DNA of 64,000 bases, from the IMG/VR virus record IMGVR_UViG_3300028603_000003. One strand, written 5' to 3'. The notes under the pieces are model-generated. The model ran no database searches and was not told the origin of the DNA. It saw nothing but the letters and a program-made list of their open reading frames with translations. A program made the translations under genes and the position numbers. Source of the stretch: a virus (lineage: Duplodnaviria; Heunggongvirae; Uroviricota; Caudoviricetes). Shown here piece after piece: positions 54,310-63,534 of the stretch (position 1 is its first letter; each line of letters starts with the position of its first letter).

Positions 54310-55599
54310 TTATTCTAAACCTTTTGATAGTGATTCCGTAAAGCACTGCATGATCATATTGTGTGTGCTCCCTTCTATTCTGTGATGGATAGCCCCAACC
54401 AAAAACTTTCCAGAGAAGTAGTTATTGACAATCTCTTCTCTTCCGTCACCCCGATTTACCGCATGCTTCTGCGCCAACTCCATAGTCACACAGTCTCCTG
54501 CATGCAAATCAAATCTTCCAGAAACAACAATGTCTGCCTTGTGAACAGAATAAGCCTGTCCCATTAGAGACTTTCTTTGTGTTAGCCATTGGTCAACCTT
54601 AAAGTCTCTTTGTCCATCATACACAAACTCGTTGTTGGTAACAGAGAATATCGCCGAGCTTCTGCGTCTTATCAGATTTGGAGAAGCAACCGGAAAGCCT
54701 CCTAGATGGTTTGTTTTTGAAAAGCTTTCTAGATAATCATGAGTTGTGGTTTTGATGGTTTTCGATAGGAGATTTGTATTTATGAGTCTGCTTGCATACA
54801 TGCCGCTCTCGCTGCGATTTGCGTAGTCGAAAACTTCTTCCACATACAAATCTCTAATTACGCCATAGTCCAATTCTAAATTTCTGGTACTGCCGTTTTC
54901 TGTTGGCATCCTGACGTAGTTGTCGTATCTATAATGAATTCCTTCTTTTGGCTTTTGGGCGTACATAGAATCCAGAGAAACAAAATTAAACTTGTTATTC
55001 AAAGTCTCGTAGAATACAAATGTTGGGGAATCGTTTTCCTTTTTCAGTGCCCGTACCGAAAGCCAGTTAATTGTCTTGAGAGGATTCCAAAATGGTGACG
55101 CAAAGACAATGCTGTTCGCAGTCCTCTCTAAAACCAAGTCCTTGTTCGACGCTAAAAATTCTTCTGATTTGAATATCTCTTCTACTAAATCAGAAATGTT
55201 ACCCTTGAAAGACTTTGACACCTTTTTATTCATGTCAACAATTTGCTCGAATGAACAGAAATGAATCAAGTAAACTTGTCCTCTTTCTGTGGTGTAGTGT
55301 CTATCGGAAATTTTGTACACATACCCAAAATAATCAACAGTGCCTACTTCCCCCATTGTCGGAGTCTTCAGCTTTATGTTAATCAACTCTTCGCCGATAA
55401 AAGGGAAGTTGTGGATCAGATCGAAAGAGTCGGATATCGATATTGTCCCATGAACTGTGTTCGTGAAAATGTCTTCGTAGATTGACAATTCAATCATTTG
55501 TGGGGCAATGTCAATTCTTTCTCTCTTGTGAGAGAAAACCTCAATCGCTACAACCTCTACCTCGCCAGCATATTTGATTCCTGTGTCGCTCGCCTTCAT
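54310..55599 (-). CDS. Baseplate hub protein (gp27-like)
   Basis: LSIYEDIF...G.I.I.DS..L...FP.IGEE, F.FYET, FSGKFLV.AIHH.I; position next to gp5. Confidence 0.65.
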   Translation of the reverse strand: MKASDTGIKYAGEVEVVAIEVFSHKRERIDIAPQMIELSIYEDIFTNTVHGTISISDSFDLIHNFPFIGEELINIKLKTPTMGEVGTVDYFGYVYKISDRHYTTERGQVYLIHFCSFEQIVDMNKKVSKSFKGNISDLVEEIFKSEEFLASNKDLVLERTANSIVFASPFWNPLKTINWLSVRALKKENDSPTFVFYETLNNKFNFVSLDSMYAQKPKEGIHYRYDNYVRMPTENGSTRNLELDYGVIRDLYVEEVFDYANRSESGMYASRLINTNLLSKTIKTTTHDYLESFSKTNHLGGFPVASPNLIRRRSSAIFSVTNNEFVYDGQRDFKVDQWLTQRKSLMGQAYSVHKADIVVSGRFDLHAGDCVTMELAQKHAVNRGDGREEIVNNYFSGKFLVGAIHHRIEGSTHNMIMQCFTESLSKGLE

Positions 55600-56087
55600 T
55601 GTTTAACTAGCCTATTGTATTCGTCCACAAAAAATTGAGTCAATTCTGGCTTGACGATTTTGATCAATCGTCTTTTGTCATTCTGCGTAGAATAGTATTC
55701 GAGGTTTGTGATTGGGTATACATTTAATTGAGACTCGGTTCCATTAACCCAATTGCCGTCGCGGTCCTCATAGTGGTGAATAGCTATCGGATCGACAAAA
55801 GACTCAATATATGCCAACAAGTCCATGTCCGACATGGGCCAATCTGTATAGGGGTCAATGATTTCGTTGACCAACAAAATTATCCAATGCAAAGTTGGCT
55901 TGTTGTAAACTCTAGCTGCAACATGTTCTGGGCGCTCTCCGTCCCTAACAATATAGTTTTCGTATAGAAACACAGAGTCCTTTATAAAGGAAGCCACCTT
56001 GGTTCTAACAGTAACGTCCTTTACAATCTGCTCTGGAATTTCTTCGGTTAGTTTGTAGTAGATAAGCGGCATCGATTCGAAGTACAT
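55596..56087 (-). CDS. gp53: Baseplate wedge subunit
   Basis: MYF..MP.I.Y, Y.VRDGERPE.VA...Y....LHWIILL.N.I.DP..DWP. Confidence 0.92.
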   Translation of the reverse strand: MYFESMPLIYYKLTEEIPEQIVKDVTVRTKVASFIKDSVFLYENYIVRDGERPEHVAARVYNKPTLHWIILLVNEIIDPYTDWPMSDMDLLAYIESFVDPIAIHHYEDRDGNWVNGTESQLNVYPITNLEYYSTQNDKRRLIKIVKPELTQFFVDEYNRLVKQ

Positions 56088-56088
56088 A

Positions 56089-57192
56089 TCAATATCCCTT
56101 CATGATTCTTTCTTTGGTTAGTAGCTCTAGCTCTGTGAATGACAAGTCTAGTTTGATAGATTCTGGTGCACCGTCTTTATAAGTCACAAACTCGTTGTTT
56201 GGTGTATAGGAAATTTTCAAGTCTGTCAAGACACAGGTTGAAATTTTATTCAGGAAAGTATTCTCTACTCCCCGGAAATAAAACTTAATGTCGAACTCAG
56301 AAGGATACACATAGAAGAACCCACCTGTGCTTAGCTCTGGGTGCATGTGAAACTTCAACTCTTGTATGATGTTGGTAATCACCAAAGATTCGAAGTCGTT
56401 CTTTGGAACTAAAGTCCAAGAGAAATTAAACTTTCTAAAGCCGACGTTCTTGAATAGTTGCTCTTTTCTTGGGTTGATTGCTGTTCTTGTTAGCTTGTCT
56501 GCAAGCGCCTTTCCATCCGCTAGCTTGTCTCCAAATACTCTTTGAGTTAGTGGATTGTTTATTACTGCCGCACCAACCCTTGCGCCAGTTCTGGCTAGAA
56601 TCGTTCCTGCGACTTTGCCAAGCTCGTTCATCGCTTCTTGGGACTGGGTCTTAGACATAGAATCGAAAAGGTCTGCTCCTACCCCAAGGTTTTCGCCTTC
56701 CCACGAAATTCCATAGTCTGCTCCCAAGTTTGCTGGAACAGGCAGAATGATTGCCCTGTTAATGCGCTTCATTGTTTTGGTGAAGGTTCCAGATGTCGCC
56801 CCAATTGCTTGATCAATAATTTTGTTTGAGGTTACACCTGAAGGGTTGTCGAGGTCCACATCGAATATGTCTTCCAAGTAATCGAAAACTTTTTGTCCGG
56901 CCTTTCCGATTATAGAGTCCCCGATGCTGGTGCTGATTCTATTTTGTTCAGTCGCCACAACGTTGCCCAAGTCTCCTGTCCTTCCCGCATACTTTGACTG
57001 CGAATCCACATTTATATAAATTACCATGTAGTGAGGATCGGCCTTTTCTCCCAAGTTTGTTGGGTATTGATAACTCTTAAAGTCGTATCCGCTCCCGGCA
57101 GAAACTTGACCGTATCCGTTTTCTGAGTCTTGCGGCAAGAACGATCCTGTAGAGTAGGATGGGGCTGAATTTCCAAAGATTTTGTCTAGCAT
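56089..57192 (-). CDS. Baseplate tail-tube cap (gp48-like)
   Basis: NP..EQLFK.V.FRKF.F.W.L.PK...E...I..II..LK..MHP, YP.EF.I, K...CVLT...ISYTP. Confidence 0.7.
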   Translation of the reverse strand: MLDKIFGNSAPSYSTGSFLPQDSENGYGQVSAGSGYDFKSYQYPTNLGEKADPHYMVIYINVDSQSKYAGRTGDLGNVVATEQNRISTSIGDSIIGKAGQKVFDYLEDIFDVDLDNPSGVTSNKIIDQAIGATSGTFTKTMKRINRAIILPVPANLGADYGISWEGENLGVGADLFDSMSKTQSQEAMNELGKVAGTILARTGARVGAAVINNPLTQRVFGDKLADGKALADKLTRTAINPRKEQLFKNVGFRKFNFSWTLVPKNDFESLVITNIIQELKFHMHPELSTGGFFYVYPSEFDIKFYFRGVENTFLNKISTCVLTDLKISYTPNNEFVTYKDGAPESIKLDLSFTELELLTKERIMKGY

Positions 57193-57206
57193 TTTAATTT
57201 CCGTGT

Positions 57207-57237
57207 CTAAATAGGTGATGACTAACTACTACTTATG
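57207..57237. promoter_or_regulatory. Divergent late promoters (CTAAATAG on +, CATAAGTA on -)
   Basis: CTAAATAG at 57207-57214 and tacttatg at 57230-57237, between the gp48-like gene and gp4. Confidence 0.55.
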
Positions 57238-57242
57238 ACGCA

Positions 57243-57746
57243 ATGGCAAAATTTCACAAGGGAAAATATAAACCCAAACACCCAGAAAAGTACGTCGGAG
57301 ATGTAAACAACATCGTATACAGGTCTTCTTGGGAGCTATCATTTTGCCGTTGGATCGATAACAACCCCGCAGTAAAAAAGTTCAACATGGAAGGCGTTGT
57401 TATTCCGTATGTATCTGTCGTTGACAATAAAGTTCATAGGTATTTCGTAGACTTCATATTAGAATACGAAGACAGGAAAGGTGAAACTCGTAGAGCACTC
57501 GTCGAAGTAAAGCCTCACAAACAAACTCAACCTCCTGTTCCGCCGAAGAAAAAGTCAAAGTATTACATAAACGAAGTCCTGACCTATCACGTAAATATGA
57601 GCAAGTGGAAAGCTGCGATTGAATTCTGTAAGAAAAATAGTATGGACTTTGTAATTTTAACCGAAAAGGGCGCAATAAATCTAACCAAGGGCGCAGCCTC
57701 AGAAGAAATGCTGTTAGAAAATTTAGAAGGTTTCAAATGTCACTAA
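57243..57746 (+). CDS. gp4: Head completion nuclease (TnsA-like)
   Basis: GKYKPKHPEKY.GD...I.YRSSWE..F..W.D.NP, IPY.S..D.K.HRYF.DF, VEVKP.KQT.PP, N..KW.AA. Confidence 0.93.
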   Translation: MAKFHKGKYKPKHPEKYVGDVNNIVYRSSWELSFCRWIDNNPAVKKFNMEGVVIPYVSVVDNKVHRYFVDFILEYEDRKGETRRALVEVKPHKQTQPPVPPKKKSKYYINEVLTYHVNMSKWKAAIEFCKKNSMDFVILTEKGAINLTKGAASEEMLLENLEGFKCH

Positions 57747-58462
57747 GAAAATTCATGGACAAAGTTGGTAGAGATGGAATTGCTCTGCAATCAAAATACA
57801 GAGTAGACTTCACAATTCCGCCTATCTTGTTGGCAGAAGACACACACGCAACAACAGAAGACCTTTCTCTTTATTGCACTATGGCTACCATGCCAAAAGT
57901 AATGTTGAACACAGGACAGATCAAAACTTACGGTCCAGCCAGACAATACGCATACGAAAGATCGGGTTCGGAAAGCACTCCAATTTTGTTTTATGTTGAC
58001 CGTAACATGAATATCAAAAGATTTTTTGATTTGTGGGTTGAGAAGATTCAATCTCTTAAAAACTTTCACTTGTCATACTTCGACGAATATGCAACGGAAA
58101 TCAAGATAACCCAACTTGATCATCAAGGGAACGACGTTTACTCTGTTGTGCTGGTCGGCGCATTCCCTAAAATCATTAACGACTTACAGCTTTCTGCCGA
58201 TACCACCCAACCACATTCGCTAGACGTGAACTTCGCTTATTGGTATTGGACTCCAGTTGACGTACAAGGCGTTCGAGATGATTACTTCTGGAATACATTC
58301 TTGGGCGGAATTTTCAATGAATACCAACTACCTTTTAATAAAGTAGAGGACATTGTTCAGTGGGGAACCGATTACGCGGGATCAAAGATCACCGACAAAA
58401 TCAGAAGCTTGGGTGTATATCAGGACTTGGGCAAATTCATTGCTCCGTTTAATAAATTTTAA
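57737..58462 (+). CDS. Baseplate tail-tube initiator (gp54-like)
   Basis: gp19-like fold: FYVD.......FFDLW, Y.EY...I.I.QLD, FPK.I....L, V.F.Y.YW. Confidence 0.65.
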   Translation: MSLRKFMDKVGRDGIALQSKYRVDFTIPPILLAEDTHATTEDLSLYCTMATMPKVMLNTGQIKTYGPARQYAYERSGSESTPILFYVDRNMNIKRFFDLWVEKIQSLKNFHLSYFDEYATEIKITQLDHQGNDVYSVVLVGAFPKIINDLQLSADTTQPHSLDVNFAYWYWTPVDVQGVRDDYFWNTFLGGIFNEYQLPFNKVEDIVQWGTDYAGSKITDKIRSLGVYQDLGKFIAPFNKF

Positions 58463-58476
58463 CATGAGGTTTAATA

Positions 58477-59172
58477 ATGTCTTTATCATCGATTAACACA
58501 GCACCAACATATGAATTGACACTTCCTTCGAGCAAGAAGAAAATGAAATATCGCCCATACAATGTGGGCGAACAAAAGAATCTTTTGCTGGCCCAACTGG
58601 AAAACAACAAAGAATCAACTGTAGCTGCACTGAAAGCTTTGTTGACTAATTGCACATATGAAAAATTTGATGTCGATTCAGCGCCAGCATTTGACATCGA
58701 ATACATCATGATTCAACTCAGAAGCAAAAGCGCAGGCGAAGTTGTCGATGTTGGCGTGGAGTGCAAGGGTTGTGGAAAGGTGTTCCCCGCTCAACTCAAT
58801 CTAGAAAAAGTCGAGGTTCGCGGAGAAGCACAAAACAAGATTAAGCTTAACGAAGAACTATTTTTGTTGATGAAGTATCCGACCCTAGATTCTTCGGTGA
58901 ACTTTGATCCAGAAAACATTGACAGCGTATTTGAACAAATTGCAAAGTGCATCGAAGCAATTGTATATGGTGAAGATGTATACGATGCCAAGGAACAATC
59001 AACAGAAGAATTGGTAAAGTTCGTAGAATCTCTTACCGAGTTTCAAATGAACAAAGTAAAGAGCTTTTTCGAATCAATTCCTTCTGTGGTGTATGAAGCG
59101 GATCACAACTGCGTTCACTGCGGACACTCGAATAAAGTAGTTCTAGACAACGTATCCGATTTTTTTATGTAA
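58477..59172 (+). CDS. gp26: Baseplate hub assembly protein
   Basis: P.YELTLPS..K..KYRP..VGEQK.LL.A, FD.EYI..QLR.KS.GE, MKYP, FF...P. Confidence 0.92.
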   Translation: MSLSSINTAPTYELTLPSSKKKMKYRPYNVGEQKNLLLAQLENNKESTVAALKALLTNCTYEKFDVDSAPAFDIEYIMIQLRSKSAGEVVDVGVECKGCGKVFPAQLNLEKVEVRGEAQNKIKLNEELFLLMKYPTLDSSVNFDPENIDSVFEQIAKCIEAIVYGEDVYDAKEQSTEELVKFVESLTEFQMNKVKSFFESIPSVVYEADHNCVHCGHSNKVVLDNVSDFFM

Positions 59173-59348
59173 TGGTTTGTCATGAATCCCTTGAAGAATA
59201 CTATAGAGCCAACTTCACACTAAAGAACAGCCATGGGTACTCCCTAAGTGAACTTGACGGAATGCTACCTTGGGAAAGAGAAGTATATGTCAACTTGTTG
59301 TTGGCTCATCTAAAAGAAGAAAAGATCAGATTAGAAAATTCAAGGTAA
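59172..59348 (+). CDS. gp51: Baseplate hub assembly catalyst (58 aa)
   Basis: Below the track cutoff; MVCHESLEEYYRANFTLKNSHGYSLSELDGMLPWEREVYVNLLLAHLKEEKIRLENSR; TAATG overlap with gp26. Confidence 0.88.
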   Translation: MVCHESLEEYYRANFTLKNSHGYSLSELDGMLPWEREVYVNLLLAHLKEEKIRLENSR

Positions 59349-59351
59349 ACT

Positions 59352-61397
59352 ATGATCAATAATAATATCCAAAATCAACAAGAAAAGCTAATTGACAAGT
59401 TCGGAAAGTACGAAGACTATGTGGTCGAAGCCAAGGCTCTGAACCAGAAGACGCTTTCTCTTGTTGATTGGATCATGGCTAAGCAAAAGCAACTTGCAAA
59501 CAACCAAGAAGCTAACCTTAAGCGCCAAGAAACATTCTTGGCAAACCAAGAACAAATACATCGCAGACAAGTAAAAACTGTGGACGGGATTCTGTCGGCC
59601 CAAGAAAGTAGAGACTTTAAAGAAAGCAAGTACAGGAAGGAATTGAGCCTGTCCATGACTAAAGGGTTTAAAGACTTTCTGGGAATCCGAAACGACATCA
59701 AGGCGCTGAAGAATCCGGGATTGGCTGCTAGCAACACACTGAGAAAAGCAACAGATTCTCTAGTTAATTTCGAAGAGCTACCCCCGATCTTTAAAGACTT
59801 GGAGAAGGGAATTTTCGGCTCTTTGGACTTATTGTTAGGAAAGATCGTTGACCCCATGGTTTCTGGTATTGGCGGATTTCTAGCCAAGCAGACTCTCGGG
59901 AGAGCAAGAGAAAACAAGCAGGCGAAGTACCTAGCAGATAACGACCCAGAATTTGCAGCAATCGAAGATCGAAAGGTGGCTCTAGAAGAAGCAAAGATTT
60001 ACCTAGAGAATAGAAAGAACTCTATAAAAGAGCTTCAGCAGCTAGAAGAGCAAAGAGTTCGACTATCGGAGTTGGGGTCGAGTAGCGAAAGTCTGGAAGA
60101 AAAGATTTCTGAAATTAGAGACTTCTTGTCTTCTGGCAGAGAAAGAGAATCTTCCTCCGACAAAACACCATCAAACGATAGCAGAGATAGCAGAACAAAA
60201 ACCTCTCAGGTTTCTAGAAATGCTTCTGTGGGGCTTTCTGAGAGAAAGTTTATAGAGTATAGTTCGGCCATAGATAGCAACCTAACCTCTGTCGTCATCG
60301 GTATTTCTAAGCTGGATAATCGGTTGACCGCAGTTCAACAGGAAAGAAAAGAAGATGCTTCCAAACTATACCAAAAGATTGACGACGCAGAAAATGGAAT
60401 CATCGGGGCACTGTACGTCATATCTGACTCTATAGCGGATACGCTGGCATTCAACAAGCGCAAAGCTTTGTCTGACGAAGAGGCTTCAGAAGAAAGTTCA
60501 AGAGTGAGAAGACTGGAAGGCTCCAAGTCTCAACAAAACGAAGAACTGACAGTAAGAACCGAAGAGGTAGAATCTAAGTCTGACTGGTTGATGAGCACCC
60601 TTGCAGGAATTGGTGGAATTTTCGGGTTCCTATCAGAAAAGATTACTGACAAGCTAGCAGCAATAAAAAAGATGTTTAGTGGATTGCCCGACATATTCCC
60701 CGACATAGACGTGTCGGTAAAAGATTTGAAGAATGCATTCAAAAATTTTGGTGCAGGTATTGTCAGGGCGATTCGCTTCTTGTCTACTAGAGTTTTCGCC
60801 CCCTTGGCTGCTACCTATATAGCCACAGAAATTGTAAGGGAAATTGAAGAAGCAGAAATCTTTGATGAGAACGGCAAGCTAACAAAAGTTGGCAGTTTTG
60901 TCAACAAGAGCCAGAAGCTTCTGGGGGGCGCGGGCATTGAAAAGCCAAGATCGGAAATGTCGATGGTCGAGCAAATCGAAGACGATGCTGACACTGGATG
61001 GTGGGACTTCACAGGAAGAAAAAAGGACGCACAAAAAATCAAGTGGCAGAGGTATGCCGCCAACAACGAAGTCCCTCAAGAAGTGGCAGATGCCCTTAGA
61101 AAGAACTTCGACTTTTATGTTCCCAAAGAAAATATTTCACCAAACAGAGCGATACTTGACAAGTCCGCACCAGTCGCAAAGTCTACAGGAACAGAAATTG
61201 AGTCTCAAACAACCAAACTTTCAGAGGTTAAAGAGTCCATAGAACGAGAGTCGAATCAGTCTGCTCCTGTTGTGATTGCTCCTAGTAGCGTCAACTCAGT
61301 TAACAACACAACTGCGATTGGTCTTAGACCTAGAGCAAGATTCTACGAATCAACGTTCGAGCGAATGGTCGGAGACAGGCATAGAGTAGGGTTCTAA
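59352..61397 (+). CDS. Baseplate hub / tape-measure protein (gp29-like)
   Basis: Long alpha-helical protein with a hydrophobic middle segment, after gp26-gp51; C-terminal APVVIAP...VN...T. Confidence 0.55.
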   Translation: MINNNIQNQQEKLIDKFGKYEDYVVEAKALNQKTLSLVDWIMAKQKQLANNQEANLKRQETFLANQEQIHRRQVKTVDGILSAQESRDFKESKYRKELSLSMTKGFKDFLGIRNDIKALKNPGLAASNTLRKATDSLVNFEELPPIFKDLEKGIFGSLDLLLGKIVDPMVSGIGGFLAKQTLGRARENKQAKYLADNDPEFAAIEDRKVALEEAKIYLENRKNSIKELQQLEEQRVRLSELGSSSESLEEKISEIRDFLSSGRERESSSDKTPSNDSRDSRTKTSQVSRNASVGLSERKFIEYSSAIDSNLTSVVIGISKLDNRLTAVQQERKEDASKLYQKIDDAENGIIGALYVISDSIADTLAFNKRKALSDEEASEESSRVRRLEGSKSQQNEELTVRTEEVESKSDWLMSTLAGIGGIFGFLSEKITDKLAAIKKMFSGLPDIFPDIDVSVKDLKNAFKNFGAGIVRAIRFLSTRVFAPLAATYIATEIVREIEEAEIFDENGKLTKVGSFVNKSQKLLGGAGIEKPRSEMSMVEQIEDDADTGWWDFTGRKKDAQKIKWQRYAANNEVPQEVADALRKNFDFYVPKENISPNRAILDKSAPVAKSTGTEIESQTTKLSEVKESIERESNQSAPVVIAPSSVNSVNNTTAIGLRPRARFYESTFERMVGDRHRVGF

Positions 61398-61405
61398 AAA
61401 GTTTT

Positions 61406-61448
61406 AAAAAGTGCTTGACTATGTGTGAGGGATTCTATACAATACACA
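61406..61448 (+). promoter_or_regulatory. Early sigma70 promoter P1
   Basis: AAAAAGTGC-TTGACT(61415-61420)-N17-TACAAT(61438-61443)-ACAC. Confidence 0.85.
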
Positions 61449-61493
61449 CATCGGTTGAGACAACAGCAAGTAAGTCACCTAACCGAAAGATGT

Positions 61494-61535
61494 AAAAAGT
61501 GCTTGACAGTAAAGTTTAACTGCCTTACAATACAC
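61494..61535 (+). promoter_or_regulatory. Early sigma70 promoter P2
   Basis: AAAAAGTGC-TTGACA(61503-61508)-N17-TACAAT(61526-61531)-ACAC. Confidence 0.88.
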
Positions 61536-61568
61536 TCACTGAAACAAACTTTGATTAGGAGAAACACC

Positions 61569-61943
61569 ATGGAACTCAACGTCAACGTCACCGCCAAGAT
61601 CGCCGAATTCGCCAAGGCCAACAAAGTGAGCCGCGCCAAGATCGAAGCTCTCGCAGTTGAGCTTCTGAAGGAAGCTGGCGGCAAGGTTGTCACTGGCGCA
61701 GGTCGCAAGGCTTCCGAAGAAACCCTGAAGCTCCGTGAGCGCGTCCTGAATGTGAAGGCAGAACTCGGAGTTGAAAGCTTCACCGCTGTCGAACTTGCCG
61801 CAGTGTATGGTGTGAATGTTGTCGAAGTTCACAACGCACTGAACTACTTCGTCAAGCTCGGCAAGTTCGCTAAGCTCGGTCTGGCCGAAAAGGAAGAAGG
61901 CAAGCGTGGTCGCCGCCAAGTTATCTGGGGCGTGATTGCTTAA
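61569..61943 (+). CDS. Early, highly expressed basic protein with a probable winged-helix domain
   Basis: ATG at 61569 behind AGGAG; FTAVELAAVYGVNVVEVHNALNYFVKLGKF...GRRQVIW is wHTH-like; strong C-ending codon bias. Confidence 0.65.
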   Translation: MELNVNVTAKIAEFAKANKVSRAKIEALAVELLKEAGGKVVTGAGRKASEETLKLRERVLNVKAELGVESFTAVELAAVYGVNVVEVHNALNYFVKLGKFAKLGLAEKEEGKRGRRQVIWGVIA

Positions 61944-61958
61944 ACAAAAAGCAGCAAA

Positions 61959-61983
61959 AAGAAAAGGGGCCATTGGCCCCTTT
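61959..61983. terminator. Bidirectional intrinsic terminator
   Basis: Identical to 14341-14365; lies between convergent genes. Confidence 0.85.
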
Positions 61984-61987
61984 TTCA

Positions 61988-62272
61988 TTACGCTTCCAGA
62001 TTCACAATCTGTTCGTAGAACTCTGCAAACTGCTCTTCTTCGGCTGTTACTTGATCGAAGTTTTGCTGGTGATAAACCTTAGCTGCCTTGCGAAGAACCT
62101 TCTTGGGAATGTTGTAATTTTCGGATGCGATGTCGATTGCTTCCTTGATGTACGTCTTTTCGCCCTCGATGCGAGTGAGGCACTTCGACAGTTCTTCGAA
62201 AAGATCGAGAATGTTCTTGCGATCTTGGGGGTTGCTTGGTAGTACGAATGCTTCTTTGTTTTCAATTGCCAT
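61988..62272 (-). CDS. dsbA: T4 DsbA-like double-stranded DNA-binding protein
   Basis: NPQDRK.I...EELS.CLTRIEGEK.YIKEAI......IPKK...K.AK.YH.Q.F...AE...F..FYE.I. Confidence 0.85.
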   Translation of the reverse strand: MAIENKEAFVLPSNPQDRKNILDLFEELSKCLTRIEGEKTYIKEAIDIASENYNIPKKVLRKAAKVYHQQNFDQVTAEEEQFAEFYEQIVNLEA

Positions 62273-62306
62273 GATTAATTTCCTCTTCTTTTGTTTAAGT
62301 TATAAT

Positions 62307-62672
62307 TTACTCTGATAGATTGTTAGACCACAAGTAATAAGAAGGATCAGAAGTATTAAAGTCTGATTCCTTCTTCGCGCATTCTTCACAATATGGGTGG
62401 GTGCCACAAAATTGAGTGTTGCGAAACCAAACTGCCGGTGCACCGCACTCGATACATTTTTCTTCTTTCATTTTTTTAGGTCTACTCATTTGTTGTTCTA
62501 ATTCATAAATCGCGGCTTTCAATTCATACAGACAATATTCTACGTCGCTGATGCAGATGCCGTCAACTAAATCGACAACGAACGCATTGTCTAGATTGTT
62601 CGCCGCTCGCATTATATCTACTTGCGCTTTGAGTAGCGCCACAGTCAAGTCGTTCACAATAAAATTCTCCAA
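62307..62672 (-). CDS. Hypothetical protein with a C-terminal Cys-rich (zinc-finger-like) segment
   Basis: CIECG...CGTHPYCEEC. Confidence 0.55.
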   Translation of the reverse strand: MENFIVNDLTVALLKAQVDIMRAANNLDNAFVVDLVDGICISDVEYCLYELKAAIYELEQQMSRPKKMKEEKCIECGAPAVWFRNTQFCGTHPYCEECAKKESDFNTSDPSYYLWSNNLSE

Positions 62673-62673
62673 G

Positions 62674-63471
62674 TTATTCAGCCGAGGCAGCTTCCTCTAG
62701 TTGATCAACAGCCATGATAGAGGACTTCTGGGTGCGAGTCAAAGATTTTAGCTTGGCTAGGAAAATCTCGACAAGCTTCGAAATGGCACCCTTAACTCTA
62801 TCAGTAGCCGAAGCCTCTTTCAACTTTTTCTCTTCGAACTCCCTGTCAAGAGCAATCCGCTTTTCTTTTTGAAGTTGACCCAACCTTGTGTTAATCTCTG
62901 GCATGGACTTTCTGTCGGCAGTCAAGGCTTTCTGCATCAACGAAGAAATCTCTTGTTGTATTTCTGCTACACTTCTACCAACAGATTCTTCAATATTCTT
63001 GACACGAGGAAGTAGTTCAATTAGACTTGTAATATCCAAGGTCTGTAGTTCATTCAACACTTGTGCTAACTTAGGATCAACAAGTTTAACATTTTCAATA
63101 ACACCTCTTGTTGTAACTGTTTCCTTGTACTCTTCAAGAAACTTCTTCTGCTCATCGTTTACTAACTCAAGAGCACGCTCAAACGCCTTCTGGTACTTGA
63201 CTGAAGTTGTCTTCCTTGTTGTGTATTCTAGCATGGCATGCTTCACAGTCATTGACTTAGCCTCTTCCTTCTTCACCACTGGTAGAAGTTGAGATTGAAT
63301 CTGATCAACCCGAGAAGCAATCTTCTTGGTGATGATGTTCATGACTGCTGCCTGTCGTTCCAAGAAGGCCCATTCCTTAGCAAGCTCTTGAATCTGCTTC
63401 TTGGTAAGTTTGACTTCTTCATCGTCTTCTTCTAGAATGAACGAAGATTCAAGGTATAGCTTTAGTAACAT
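62674..63471 (-). CDS. Late helical protein, putative internal head protein
   Basis: MLLKLYLE-SSFILE-EDDEE leader; internal NIEES, LKEAS, LEEAA; late promoter TATAAATAG at 63505-63513. Confidence 0.5.
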   Translation of the reverse strand: MLLKLYLESSFILEEDDEEVKLTKKQIQELAKEWAFLERQAAVMNIITKKIASRVDQIQSQLLPVVKKEEAKSMTVKHAMLEYTTRKTTSVKYQKAFERALELVNDEQKKFLEEYKETVTTRGVIENVKLVDPKLAQVLNELQTLDITSLIELLPRVKNIEESVGRSVAEIQQEISSLMQKALTADRKSMPEINTRLGQLQKEKRIALDREFEEKKLKEASATDRVKGAISKLVEIFLAKLKSLTRTQKSSIMAVDQLEEAASAE

Positions 63472-63534
63472 ATTTTACTCCGAGTTGTACTTATTATAGA
63501 TCAACTATTTATAGAAACTTATTATGGAAACACT

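Noticed and set aside
61425-61568. N-terminal extension of the wHTH gene given by the ORF track
   Set aside because: It overlaps the two promoters; the ATG at 61569 has a clear AGGAG site.
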